From assembly GCF_006345805.1 (NCBI RefSeq), contig NC_043004.1:70928001-70992000 (forward strand): a stretch of 64,000 nucleotides of DNA, given 5' to 3'. This DNA is from Octopus sinensis (lineage: Eukaryota). The notes beneath the pieces were generated by a model. The model searched no databases, was not told the origin of the DNA, and saw nothing but the letters and a program-made list of their open reading frames with translations. How positions within the stretch are numbered: the stretch's first letter is position 1; the number at the start of each line of letters is the position of its first letter. Below are positions 24,470-37,830 of this stretch, piece after piece. The position numbers and the translations under genes were made by a program.

Positions 24470-25362
24470 TCATCATCATCATTTAACATCTGTCTTCCAT
24501 GCTGGCATGGATTGGATGGTTTGACAGGAGGTGGCCAGGTAGAAGACTGCCAGGTTACTGTGTCTGTTTTGGCATGGTTTTTATGGCTGGATGCCCTTCC
24601 TAACACCAACCACCCCACAGGGTGGACTGAGTGCTTTTTATGTGGCACCAGCATAGGTGATGTCAGTTTTGGTATGGGCTTTTATGGCTAGATGCCCTTC
24701 CAAATGCCAACTACTTCCCCATGTGGACCGGATGCTTATTATGTGGCACCAGCACCAGCAGGGTCACCAAGTAACTTGCAAGACAAGGAATTTTTGAGAG
24801 GGGAGGGGCCATTGGCGGATCTTGTGACAGATGATGAAAGGTTAGAGTGTGACAGAAAGACAGAGAGGCAGAAACAGGTGTTTCGCTATAAAGGAGGTAC
24901 AAGGTTACCTGGCCAGTGAGAGAGAGAGAGAAAGGGAGGGAGAGTATATATATATATATATATATATATATGAGGATGCTACATGACGTTCTGTATTCTT
25001 GTCTTTCCTGAAATGTCTTTTCTATTGACATGATGTATTGTCAGAAAGAATGTGAACAATGCAAGATAATATCTAAGGCAATTAATATGAAAAAAAATAT
25101 GTATATGTATATTGTGTGACAAAACAAAATATATCTCAATTAGCAACAGTAGAAGATCTGTTCTTTCTCACCTCTCTCTCTCTGTCTGTTTGTCTCTCTC
25201 TCTCTCTGTCTGTCTCTCTCTCTTCCTCCCATTTAAAATTATTTTATGTACTTTTGTTCCTGGCCATTTTAATCATATCTTTAAAGTACATTGGTGTCTT
25301 TCTCCCTGTGTCTCTGTCTGTCTGTCTCTCCATGTATGCACATAACAGTAGGCTCGTGTGAG

Positions 25363-25395
<33 letters not shown>

Positions 25396-25599
25396 GTATG
25401 TGTACATATATATGAATGGATGCTGAAAACATATATATAAATGGATCCTGGCTTCGAGTAAAAGAAAATACAGTAGGATCAGTTAATTATGATTTTATTT
25501 AACATATTCCCCTCTCAGATTCACACACTTATTGCAGTGGTCCTTCAGTTTTTCTAAGCCCATCTACACAGTTTTTATTATTACAGTCAGTTATACAAC

Positions 25600-26200
25600 C
25601 ACAAGCTCTAACTCTGAACAAAACCCATAGTGTTCTGTACTCCTGTCATCTCCACCTTGCTCTATGCTTGTGAGACATGGATCCTGTATTGAAAAGACCT
25701 AAAAGAGCTGGAGCATTTCCAACAAGCCAAGCTTCGGTAGAATCTCAACATCAAATAACAGGACCGATGCACCAACAACAAACTTCTCAATCACTCAAGA
25801 ATGTGAAGCATTGAAGCTGCTATTGTCAAGCTTTACCTCAGGTGGTCAGGACATGTTGTCTGAATGGCTCTTTCAAGATTCCTGCTGACCATCCTCTACA
25901 GTGAGCTTATCAATGGCATTGAGTAGCCCCAAAATGCAGATTCAAAGACCAACTGAAGTCTTCTCTCCAAGCCTTCATCAGCCATAACACCTAGGAAACA
26001 GAACCACTGACTGTCTATCCTGGTGAAAAGCAATTCATTTTGGCTCTTCCACTTTTGAGGAAAGGAGAAAAACTGAAGAAAAAGCAAGAAGAAGGCAATG
26101 CAAGGCTCGTCAATGCTAGCCAAGATCACCACCGTTCATGCCATGTGATCAGTGCCTGAGACTGTTCCATTCCCAGCTTGGTCTTTGAGCCATATCAAGT
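25600..26200 (+). mobile_element. Old RTE-BovB-like LINE 3' fragment
   Basis: VISTLLYACETWILY, LRWSGHVV, ILYSEL, RFKDQLK and CDQCLRLFHSQLGL, with many stops and frameshifts. Confidence 0.8.
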
Positions 26201-26949
26201 TTAAGCATCATGGAGGCACGAGATGAACCAAACTCAGACATGACTGGTGCCACCACTGACAGCAGATTTAATATAAATCTCTGTTCTGACATACGTTTTT
26301 GCTGCATAGGTATTTGGCAGTGTGGTTTTCATTTGCATCCAGTTTGTTCATCTGGTTAAGAACTTATGCAACTTTATTCAAAGTGTTGCCACTATTATAG
26401 TTTGACACGAACTGAAGTATGATGGTTTAGACAGTATTACATTTAGTAAAGGTTGGTAACTTTTGAGTGCAAAGAATGAGAGAGAAACAGTTAGAAACCT
26501 GATATGGTTATAAAATCTGTTATCAGATTGACCCTGAGATGACCCTAAGGTTTGAATTTCGAATCATGAACACTAGATCTTCAACTAGATGACAATATAT
26601 TTCATCTACTAGCCTTGAGTGAAGTAAACAGGGATAAATTTCAGTGATGTATACAATTAAGGGTCACTAAGTCAAATATGATTTAGAAATCTAAGATATG
26701 CAGAATTTAGTAAGGCCAGGGTCCTACACATGATATGGTAGAATACTTTCACTGAAAATGAAATACAAATTTTTAGCTACACAATTCAATTCTAACTCTG
26801 TGTCTATAACATCCTCCTTGATAAAGAGTAAATTATTCTATAGAATTACTACTAGGATACAAATTAGATTAAGCACTAATATTGTCCATGTAAACTCAAG
26901 CGCCTTCAATCCCTGTGATACTTAATTAAAAATCTTTTCTAGAGAAATA

Positions 26950-27300
26950 TTTGAATGTTTCTCTGTGAAGGTATGTACATTTCAGGGCTAATTCTTGTTT
27001 ATTATTTAATAATTGGTATTTAGATATGAAAATATGGAATATTTCTTCCAGGCATAAATTACATTTCTGACTTAATTATGTATGACTCTGCCCCTGCCAG
27101 TAATTTCCCATGTTTTTGTATGTGTTTCTCAGTATCTCACCTCCACCTATTTTTAGTATGCCCTTTCTTCCACCTCCCTCGTGGGATAGTTTTCCCAAAG
27201 GAAAGGCTTTCCTCTTCTAAGTCTTGTTGGTTTGGTATTGTCATTGGGGCTTCTGTAACTTCACTTTTTTCTAGGTAAGGGTGATGGTCCTATACAAACC
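26950..27300 (-). mobile_element. Penelope-like element GIY-YIG endonuclease C-terminal remnant
   Basis: Minus-strand translation gives W-E-I...S-Y then SQKCNLCLEEIFHIFISKYQLLNNKQELALKC, matching the PLE W.I...Y...C.LCL.E...LLN...EL..KC tail. Frameshifted. Confidence 0.65.
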
Positions 27301-27344
27301 ATTTTGATGTCTGCTAAGAAGTGATTGATATTAGTTTGACCTTT

Positions 27345-28748
27345 AAGGCGGTGAACTGGTAGAATCATTAGCATACTGGGCAAAGTGTTTAGTGGTATTT
27401 TGTCTATCTTCATGTCCTGAGTTCAAATTCCAATGAGGTCAGGTTTGTCTTTCATCTTTTCGTACAAGTGGAGCACTGGGGTCGATGTAATGAACTTATC
27501 CCTTCCCTGTAATTGCTGGCCTTGTGCCAAAATTTGAAACCAATATTATTATTATAAGGCTACTAAAGCAGTCAGCTGGCAGAATCGTTAAGGCATCAGG
27601 CAAAATGCTTAGTGGTATTTCGTCTGTCTTCATGTTCTGAGTTCAAATTCCACTAAGGTCAACTTAGAATTTCATCCTTTCAGGGTTCATAAAATAATTA
27701 AATAAGTATCAGTTGAGCACTGGGGTCAGTGTAATTGACTTATCTCTTGCCCCAGAAATGCTGGCTTTAAGGTGGTGAGCGGGCAGAATTTCCCATACTG
27801 GGAAAAATGCTTAGTGGTATTTCATCTCTCTTTATATTCTGAGTTCAAATTCCAATAAGGTCAGCTTTGCCTTTCATCCTTTCAGGGTTGATAAAATAAG
27901 TACCAGTTATTCACTGGGGTCAATTTAATCACCTTAGTTCCTCCCCCAAACTTGCTGGCTTTGTGCCAAAGTTTGAAACCATTATTATCATTATTATTAT
28001 TATTATTATTGTTGCCTTTGCACAGCTTCTAACGCTGGAGGTGTAGTACAGTGTCTATTATTATTATTAAGGTGGTGAGCTGGCAGAATCGTTAGCATGC
28101 CGGGCGAAATGCTTAGTGATATTTTGCCAGTACCTACATTCTGAGTTCAAATTCTGCTGAGGTTGACTTTGCCTTTCATCCTTTTGGAGTCGATAAATTA
28201 AGTGAAACACTGGGGTCGATATAATCAACTAGTCCCCTCTCTACAGATTCGAAGCCTTGTACCTATGGTAGAAAGGATTACTTGTATTATTTAATGTGGT
28301 GAGCTGGCAGAATCGTTAGCATGCCGGGCGCAATGCTGAGTGGTATTTTATCTGTCTTCGTGTTCTGAGTTCAAATTCCGCCTAGGTTGACTTCGTGTTT
28401 CATCGTTTTTGGGGTCAATGAATTAAGTACCAGTGAAACACTGGAGTTGAAATTTGAGGCCTTGTGCCTCCAGTGAAAGGTTTGTTGTTGTTGGTGGTGG
28501 TGGTGGGGAGGAGGAGGAGGAGCTGGCAGAATCATTAGCATGCTGGGCAGAATACTTAGCATTATATTTCACCAGTCTTCATGTCCTGAGTTCAGATTCT
28601 GCCGAGGTCAACTTTGCCCTTCATCTTTTCAGGGTTGGTAAAAATAAGTACCAGCTAAGCACTGGGGGTTGATGCAAACGACTTAACCTTCCCCACCTCC
28701 ACCCTGCCCCACCCCGAAATTGCTGGCCTTGCACCAAAATTCGAAACC
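27345..28748 (+). mobile_element. Six head-to-tail family-B SINE copies
   Basis: Copy starts at ~27345, 27556, 27769, 28069, 28293 and 28519, most separated by short (ATT)n/(GTT)n tails. Confidence 0.85.
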
Positions 28749-28923
28749 AAATTTTACCTGGATTCTATCCTTTGACCAGTCCAGCATGGGAGACCCCTAT
28801 GAAGAACTTTATGCTGTACTGGCATAACTCTCACGGTCATTGAGGCACACACAGCATCATTCTGCAACACAGGCGGATCTTGTGGTGCAACATATGACTC
28901 GGTTGCTAAATATTTTCAACATA

Positions 28924-29304
28924 GGTGCAGGAGTGGCTGTGTGGTAAGTAGCTTGCTTACCAACCACATGGCTCCGGGTTCAGTCCCACTGCGTGGCATC
29001 TTGGGCAAGTGTCTTCTATTATAGCCTCGGGCCGACCAAAGCCTTGTGAGTGTATTTGGTAGACGGAAACTGAAAGAAGCCTGTCGTATATATGTATATA
29101 TATATATGTGTGTGTGTTTGTCCCCCTAGCATTGCTTGACAACCGATGCTGGTGTGTTTACATCCCCGTCACTTAGCGGTTCGGCAAAAGAGACCGATAG
29201 AATAAGTACTGGGCTTAAAAAGAATAAGTCCCGGGGTCGATTTGCTCGACTAAAGGCGGTGCTCCAGCATGGCCGCAGTCAAATGACTGAAACAAGTAAA
29301 AGAG
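28924..29304 (+). mobile_element. Full-length SINE family A
   Basis: Head, CORE-like block, internal (TA)n(TG)n and tail GCTCCAGCATGGCCGCAGTCAAATGACTGAAACAAGTAAAAGAG. Confidence 0.9.
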
Positions 29305-29944
29305 TATACCGGCCATTATACTTGATCGTTTGACAGTCTACTTTGTCTTAATTACGTATAAGACATAACGACGTTTCTAAATTTTGTCTTTGGTTTTTTT
29401 TTTACTTTCTCTTTTGTTTATAAATGTCTTCTCTTTTGTTTTGTTTGTTTTCTTTTTCTCCTTCTTTGTCCTCTCCTTATTTTCCTCCTCCTAACACACA
29501 CACACACACGTGCACATGCAGACACACACTGAAATGTATATATGATCCTAGACATGTACACACGCACACACAACTGTACACGTGCACTCAAAGACACACA
29601 CACACACACAAATACATGCACACACACACACACAAATACATGCACACACACACACACAAATACATGCACACACACACACAAATACATGCACACACACACA
29701 CACACACAATATCTTGCATGATGTCTTTTGTAAGACATCTGTTTGCTTTTCTTCTTTCCTTCTTGTCCACTTTCTTTTCCACCTCTACTACCCCCTCCCC
29801 CACCACTCCATACCATTCTGCACCATTCTTCAGCACCCCCCCACAACCCCACAACCCCCACTCACCTGTGTCCACCTGTGCATCTTCATACTTTTGTCTT
29901 GCATCGTTGTCAGTTTCAGTTTTCGTCTCCTCCTCATCTTTCTT

Positions 29945-30360
29945 GATGTCATCACCACCACCACCACCACCATCACCACAACCACCATCGTCATCACCAC
30001 CACCACCACCACTGTCATCATCCCCACCACCACCATCATCGTCATCATTATCATCCACCACCACCACCACCACTGTCATCACCATCATCATCTCACTACT
30101 ACCACCACCACCACCAACACCATTACCATCACCTCTGTCATCATCATCATCATCATCATTCCCACAATGATCACCACTATCACTGCCACCACCATAATCA
30201 CAGTAACTATCACCACCACCATCATGTACCACCACCACCACCACTACCACCACCACCACCATCATGTACCACCACCACCACCACCACCGTCATGTACAAT
30301 TATTAACTTCATCACTACCACCAACACCACCATCATTGTCGTCATCATCCTAAACTTCTC
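29945..30360. repeat. (CAC/CAT)n triplet tract
   Basis: Direct reading. Similar tracts at ~31810-32500 and ~36600-36980. Confidence 0.9.
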
Positions 30361-31144
30361 CTTAACATAGGCACATGTACAAACACACACACACACTATA
30401 TATATATATATATATACACACACATATATATATATATATACACATACACATCACTGTTGTTGTTGTGCTTGTTGTTGTTGTTGCTTCCTTCTCAATCATT
30501 TACATCTTTTAAAGAAACTTTGCCTATTTAGCAGTCTTCTGTCATTTTCTTGCTTTTCCAGTTTGTTTTATCTTCTCTTTTACTTTTGCCTCTTCTTCTT
30601 TTTTCTTTTTTTCTTCTTCCTTCCTGGCTTTCCTTCCTTCTTTTCTTTTTTTGTTGTTTCTGCTTCCATTGGAGAGGACATAGTTGTTGAGGAATGCTTG
30701 TAGTGCAATATTTATGCTCCCAACGCAAATTAACAATGGACTGCCACAAACTTGTGCACTGTACTGCCTGCATTTTCTGTAAAACGTATTTAAAATGCAC
30801 ATATCTCAAATGGTAGCGCCATTCAGTTCTTTGTTAAAAGCCTTTAAAAGAATCCAGTTTGTTGTATAGGAAGTGTGGAAGACAGAGAAGAAAATGAAGA
30901 AATAAAAATTTTTCTTAAGAATTCTTATCTTCTGCTTCTTTGAATTTCTGTGTATATAACACACACACACACACACACACACATGCGCAAATGCGCACAC
31001 ACTTATATAAACAATGTGTATATGTATGTATATAAATGTTCGTGTGTGTGTATGTATATATCTGTATGTAGGTGTATATATATGTATATAATATGTGTGT
31101 GTATATGTGTGTAGACATATATGTATTTATATATTTGTATGTAT

Positions 31145-31214
<70 letters not shown>

Positions 31215-31269
31215 TTGTATGTATGTACATGCATATATTTCTATATGTATGTATATATATATTTGTATG

Positions 31270-31316
<47 letters not shown>

Positions 31317-31425
31317 CTATGTATATATATATCATTTGACGTATTTATTATATTTAAGTGGAGCTTTTTTCTTTTTTATTCTACAACGTCCTCGCTTACC
31401 ACTGCCCCTTAAACTTCATATATGC

Positions 31426-31528
<103 letters not shown>

Positions 31529-32864
31529 ATATATATCTATATATATATATATATATATATGTATACATGTGTGTGTGTGTATATATATATATACACATGT
31601 AGGCAGTCACACGGTTCTACACACATACTCGTGTCTGAATTCCTACAATACAAATGCTGTGTGTATGATGTTGTGTTTTATGTTCAGTATTTTTATAAAA
31701 CTTTTCTGTCTGTTTATTATGAAATATTAATTTTCATAATAAATCGTGTTTATAGGAAAGAAAATAATTTATTGGGAATGTGGATATGACAGTGGCTTGT
31801 CTATTCATCTGTTTGATGGTGGTGGTGATGACGATGACGATGATGATGATTATGATGATGGTGGTGGTAACAAGTGGTGGTGGTGGCAATGGTGATGATG
31901 ATAATGGTACGATGATGGCATTGGTGATGATGATGATGATGATGATAGTAATAATGGTGGTGATGATCATGGGGTTGATGATTATGATAACGAGGAGTAT
32001 AAGAAGATCATCATCACCACCAGCAACTGCAACCACCATCATCATCAGCATTGTCAGCCACCACCACCATCATCATCATCATCACCACCACCTCCACCAC
32101 CACTGTCACCATCTTCAACACTACCACCACTGCCATCATCATCACCCCCCCACCACCACCACAACTATCTTCACCATCACCATCAACCACCACCACCATC
32201 ATCACTATCTTCACCACCACCACCATTGTCACAATCTTCACCTCCATCACTACCACCTCCACCATCATCTTCACCACCACCACCACTGCTCATATCATGA
32301 AGAGTACCAAAATTGTCAGTACTATCACCTTTACCATCATCAACAAGTTCACAGCTACTACCACCACCACCACCACCACCACCACCACCACCACCTCAGT
32401 AATCACCACTATAATCATCATCATCATCATTATCATTTCTATTACTGGTGACGGTGATGATGAGGATTACGGCAATAATGATGATGATGATGATGATGAG
32501 AGTGATTTCAATATATTTATTTCATTTCTTTGTGTTTTTGTTATCTTTGTTGTTGTTGTTGTTGTTGTTGTTATCTGTTCTTCTATCTTTCCTCTCTTCA
32601 CTTGAGTTCCTTTAAAAGGAATTAACTACAAATTTGTGTTTCTGGTTTATTACGTGCGTGCACACACACACGTGTGTGTGTGAATTTATATATACATGTG
32701 TTCATACTGGCATACACACATATACACAAATATCACACATAAAACAGATGTATGTATCTCCCCCCCCATTCTCTATATATACATATAAGTATATGCATGT
32801 ATATATCTTTATGCATACATAAATGTATATCTATAAATACTTGTATATATTTTATATATTTGTA

Positions 32865-32903
<39 letters not shown>

Positions 32904-32967
32904 TAAATAATTAAGATTCATTTGAATTTGATAATTAAGTTGAGGTACTGAGTCAGTCTGGTATTAT

Positions 32968-33002
<35 letters not shown>

Positions 33003-33006
<4 letters not shown>

Positions 33007-33322
33007 AAATTTAATGGACTGACCACTAAAAGTGGACGGTCAATATGCTAGATATAGACGTCAAAATCGCTATTTTCCACGAAGAGTGTGTAAATAATAA
33101 GCAAGACAAATGAAAATATACAAAATAAATACGATTACTGATTGGTATATAGGTAATTGTATTCATTTTGTATATTTTCATTTGTCTTGCTTATTTTTTA
33201 CCCTTTGGTTTTGTGCCGAGTTTTTTCTTGAGAACACATTCTTCGTGGAAAATAGCGATTTTGACGTCTATATCTAGCATATTGACCGTCCACTTTTAGT
33301 GGTCAGTCCATTAAATTTTGTA
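33003..33322. mobile_element. MITE/fold-back element with perfect 83-bp terminal inverted repeats
   Basis: 33003-33085 is the exact reverse complement of 33240-33322. Inner arms 33096-33132/33159-33195 match 36/37. Abuts a (TA)n tract. Confidence 0.88.
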
Positions 33323-33561
33323 TGTTAAAAATATTTTAATCTTCGGATTTTTTTAATATGCTAGGCCACTGGTTTTAATTGATTAATATCAATTTCCACC
33401 CTTATTCAATTTTATATATATATATAAACACACACATGCATACATACACATACACACCAAAACCATAATGATATCGATGGGGCAGCTGATGAAGGAGGTA
33501 TGTTGGTATGACTGTTTTTGTATGTGTGGAATGGTATTATAACACATCCTTTCGATATATA

Positions 33562-33602
<41 letters not shown>

Positions 33603-33654
33603 ACACACATGCATACATACACATACACTACATATATATATATACATACACATA

Positions 33655-33692
<38 letters not shown>

Positions 33693-33694
<2 letters not shown>

Positions 33695-33922
33695 GTGGTG
33701 TAGGGGTAGATGTTTTCAAGAAACAACTTGACTCTTGCTATCCAAAGTCCCAGATGAACCGTATCAAGGCAGGAGACTCAAAAAGGGCATCAGTGTCAAA
33801 CTCCCCCCCTTCACCGAAAGCCAATCACTTAAGATTGGCCATTGAGAAGGTGATTACACTGGCATTGCTCCAGCATGGCCACAGCCTTAGGGCTGAAACC
33901 TATAAAAGAATAAAAGAATAAT
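33693..33922 (+). mobile_element. CR1/L2-type LINE 3' end
   Basis: GVDVFKKQLD..(frameshift)KVPDEP...RASVSNS, then a 3' UTR ending GCTCCAGCATGGCCACAGCCTTAGGGCTGAAACC and (TAAAAGAA)n. Confidence 0.7.
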
Positions 33923-34082
33923 ATATATGCCCCAATATTAGGGCTACTTTCTTCAGGGGTACCTTTTTTTAGTCAATACACAGTGATCACTTATAAGCTT
34001 TAAGTTTATAAAATATTATTTTACAGAATTATCATTCGTCACTGCTTTTCAATTCATCGCATATATGTATGTATGTACATAC

Positions 34083-34574
34083 GGGCATATGGCGTAGTGG
34101 TTAAGAGTGCGGGCTAGTAACCACAAGATTCGACCTGAATAATAATAACAACAACATCAAAAATACCTGGGTGCAGGATTGGCTCTGTGGTAAGTAGCTT
34201 GCTTACCAACGACATGGTTCAGGGTTCAGTCCCACTGCGTGGCACCTTGGGCAAGTGTTTTCTATTATAGCCTTGGGCCGACCAAAGCCTTGTGAGTGTA
34301 TTTGGTAGATGGAAGCTGAAAGAAGCCCGTCGTATATATATGTATGTATGTGTGTGTATATGTTTGTGTGTCTGTGTTTGTCCCCCTCCAACATCGCTTG
34401 ACAACCGATGCTGGTGTGTTTATATCCCTGTAACTTAGCGGTTCGGCAAAAGAGATCGATAGAATAAGTACTAGGTTTACAAAGAATAAGTCCTGGGGTC
34501 GATTTGCTTGACTAAAGGCAGTGCTCCAGCATGGCTGTAGTCAAATGACTGGAACAAGTAAAAGAGTAAAAGAG
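34083..34574 (+). mobile_element. Truncated tRNA-like SINE head (34083-34168) followed by full-length family A SINE (34170-34574)
   Basis: GGGCATATGGCGTAGTGGTTAAGAGTGCGGGCT A-box head, then the complete family-A sequence. Confidence 0.8.
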
Positions 34575-35668
34575 TATGTATGTATGTATGTATGTGTGTA
34601 TGTATGTGTGTGATCATCCTTATTGTATTGTTTGCTTTTCCATGCTTGTATGGATCAGTCAGGATTTGTTAAGACAGATTTTCTGCAACCTGATAGATGT
34701 TCTTGCTGTTGCCAGCCCTCACCTCTTTTCAAGCAAGGTAATATTTCTTCATGGCAAGACAGCTTTTTGCACAGAATATTGGAAATGAATGACACTGCTT
34801 GTATGACAGTGACACTCATTTACAGCTATCACACAATGTCAAGTCAAGGACACGGATACACACACACACATGCACACACATGCACATTCACATGTACACA
34901 CACACACATATGCATACATACACATTCACATGCATGCACACACATTCATATGCATACACATACACGAACATATTCACGTGCATACACATAAACACACACT
35001 CACACACATTTACATGCATACACACATAAACATGCATCTACATGCATACACACACATACACGCACCAGGCTTCTTTTAGTTTCCAAATTCTGAATCCACT
35101 CTCAAGGCAGTCAGACCAGGTCTCTGGTATTATAGCCGAAGACATTTACCCAAAGTGCCAGAGAGTGGAACTGAACCCAGAACTATGTGGTTGGAAAGCA
35201 AACTTCCAACATTTAACCATCTCTGTATACACACACACACACATGCACACATACACAGACACACACACACACATGCGCACACATAAACACACAGACACAT
35301 ACAAGCACACATACAAGAACAATACACACATATACACGATTTCATCCATAGTTTGTAAATCTTGTACCAAAGTCTGTTTTGTTGTCATCTGTGTACACCT
35401 CATTATAACATCTCTTTATCTTCTATCTTCTATCTCTCTCTCTCTCTCTCTCCTCAACTCACTCTCGCCTACCCTGTCCCTCCTTCTTCATCTTTGTCTT
35501 CTAAATTTCCCTCTCCCCCTATATCTCTCTCCCTTTTTCCCCCCTTCTCTCTCTCTCTCTTCCCATTTCTGTTAGTTTTGTCAATAGATTCCTACTTGCT
35601 CCTGGCTACATGCAATGCCCACTGGCTTCGTACTCTCTGCTTAGCAACAAAAACAACACCAACAACAA

Positions 35669-35700
<32 letters not shown>

Positions 35701-36979
35701 GCGTATGTATGTATGTTTGTTTGTTTGTATGTATGTATGTATGTATGTTTGTATGTATGTATATATCTATGTATGTATGTGTTTATGTATGTATGTTTGT
35801 ATGTGTGTATGTTTGTATGTATGTTTGTATGTATGTATGTATGTATGTATGTGTGTATGTTTGTATGTATGTATGTATGTATGTATGTATGTATGTATGT
35901 GTGTATGTATGTATGTATGTATGTATGTGTGTATGTATGGTTGTGTGCGTGTGTGCGTGCATGCGTGTGTGTGTGTGTGTGTATGTATAAAAATAAAAGA
36001 AAATAATAAAAATTAATTCCTTGAAAACATTTCGAAAGAAAAAAAGCAGAAAAAAATAAAATATAAAAATCAAAATAAATAAATGAAATGCATAACTAAA
36101 AATTAAAATGTTTTTTTTCTCCCTCCTTTTCATTGCAAAAACTAAATAAAAATAAAATAAAATAAAATAAAATATGAGAGAGAAACTTAAGACAAAAGAA
36201 AAGAAAATTTCAATAAAGTTTAAAGAAATATAAAACGAAGATAAAATATAATTTTTTTTTTTTAAAGAAGCCCCCAAGGAATTGTCTCCCCCTGTCATCA
36301 AACACTCCTCCCCCCCTCTCTCTCTTCATTCCTACTCCTCCTCCTTTCTCAATTTGGATACATTTGCCTCCCACCGCTCCTCGAATACCTGCCAGAAAAC
36401 GCAGAACGTAAATAAGTATGTAAATAATTGATTGAATAGAATTTGAGGCTTTTTTTTTTGTTTTTTGAAAATAAACCATTTTGGAAGGAACTAAAAGACA
36501 GGAATTGGTTGGGGTGGGGTGGGGTGGGGTGGGGTGCGGTGGTCGGGTGGGGTGGTGGGATGCAAGGATGTTGCAGCTTGTGGACATGTGGGTGTATAGG
36601 GTATGGCACAGTGTGTAGGTGGCGGTTGTAGTAGTAGTAGTAGTGCTGGTGGTGGTGGTAGCAATGGTGGCAGTGGGAGGGTAATGCTGAGAGTGGAAGG
36701 TGGTGTAGCTGATAGTATTTGTGGTGGTGGTGCTGGTGATGATAATGTTAGTATTGATGATGGTGGTGGTGGTGTGGTGACAATATTTGTTATTAGTGGT
36801 AGTGATGGTAGTGGTGGTGGTGGTGGTAGTGGTAGTAATGTTAGTATTACTAATAGTGATGATGATGATGACGGTAGTGGTGGTGGTGATGATGGTATTT
36901 GTATTTATGGTGGTGGTGGTGGTGGTGGTGGTAGTATCAGTGGTGATTGTGGGTGGTATTTGGGTATGATGGTGATGGC

Positions 36980-37830
36980 GAGAGATGACATGTGGTAATG
37001 ACAAGAAGCGACATGTGGTGGTGATAGGTGACATGTAGTGATGGGGAGAAGATATACAGGAGACATGTAGTGCTGGTGAGAGAAGACCTGGGGTGATGGG
37101 GAGAGGAGAGGAGACGTGGTGCTGACAGGAGACATGTGGTGTTGGGGAAAAGAGACATGTGGTGTTGGTGAGAGGAGGCATATAGTGATGGCAGGAGACA
37201 TGTGGTATTGGTGAGAGGAAACATGATGATGGTGAGAGGAGATGTTGTTTGATGGTGCAAGGAGACATGTGGTATTGGTGAGAGGAGATGTGGTTTGATG
37301 GAGAGAGACATGTTGTATTGGTGAGAGGAATGATTGTTGTGATTTGAAAGGAGACATGGTGATATTGGTAGGGGATGTTGGAGTGCAGGAGACATGTGGT
37401 ATTAGGTGAGTGGCAGAGATGTTGTTTGTGTGCAAGGAGACATGTGGTATTGGGAGAGAGATGTTTTTGATGGTGCAAGAACATTGTGTATGTGAGAGGA
37501 GATGTTGTTTGAGGTGCAAGTAACATGTGTGTATTGGGGATAGGAGATGTTGTTTGATGTGCAAGGATACTGTGTATTGTATAGAGGATATTTGTTTGAT
37601 GGTGCAAGGAACATTGGTATTGTGAGAGGAGATGTTGTTTGATGTGCAGAGACATGGTATTGGTGAGAGGAGATGTTGTTTGATGGTGCAAGGAGACATG
37701 TGGTATTGGTGAGAGGAGATGTTGTTTGATGGTGCAAGGAGACATGTGGTATTGGTGAGAGGAGATGTTGTTTGATGGTGCAAGGAGACATGTGGTATTG
37801 GTGAGAGGAGATGTGGGCTGATGGAGGGAG
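36980..37830. repeat. 46-bp (2x23) minisatellite
   Basis: GGAGACATGTGGTATTGGTGAGA+GGAGATGTTGTTTGATGGTGCAA, exact at 37692-37737 and 37738-37783, degenerate leftwards. Confidence 0.9.

Noticed and set aside
26545-26590. Possible minus-strand hammerhead (TTGAAGA...CGAAAT) downstream of the PLE remnant
   Set aside because: Core C3 is missing and stems I, II and III do not form consistently.
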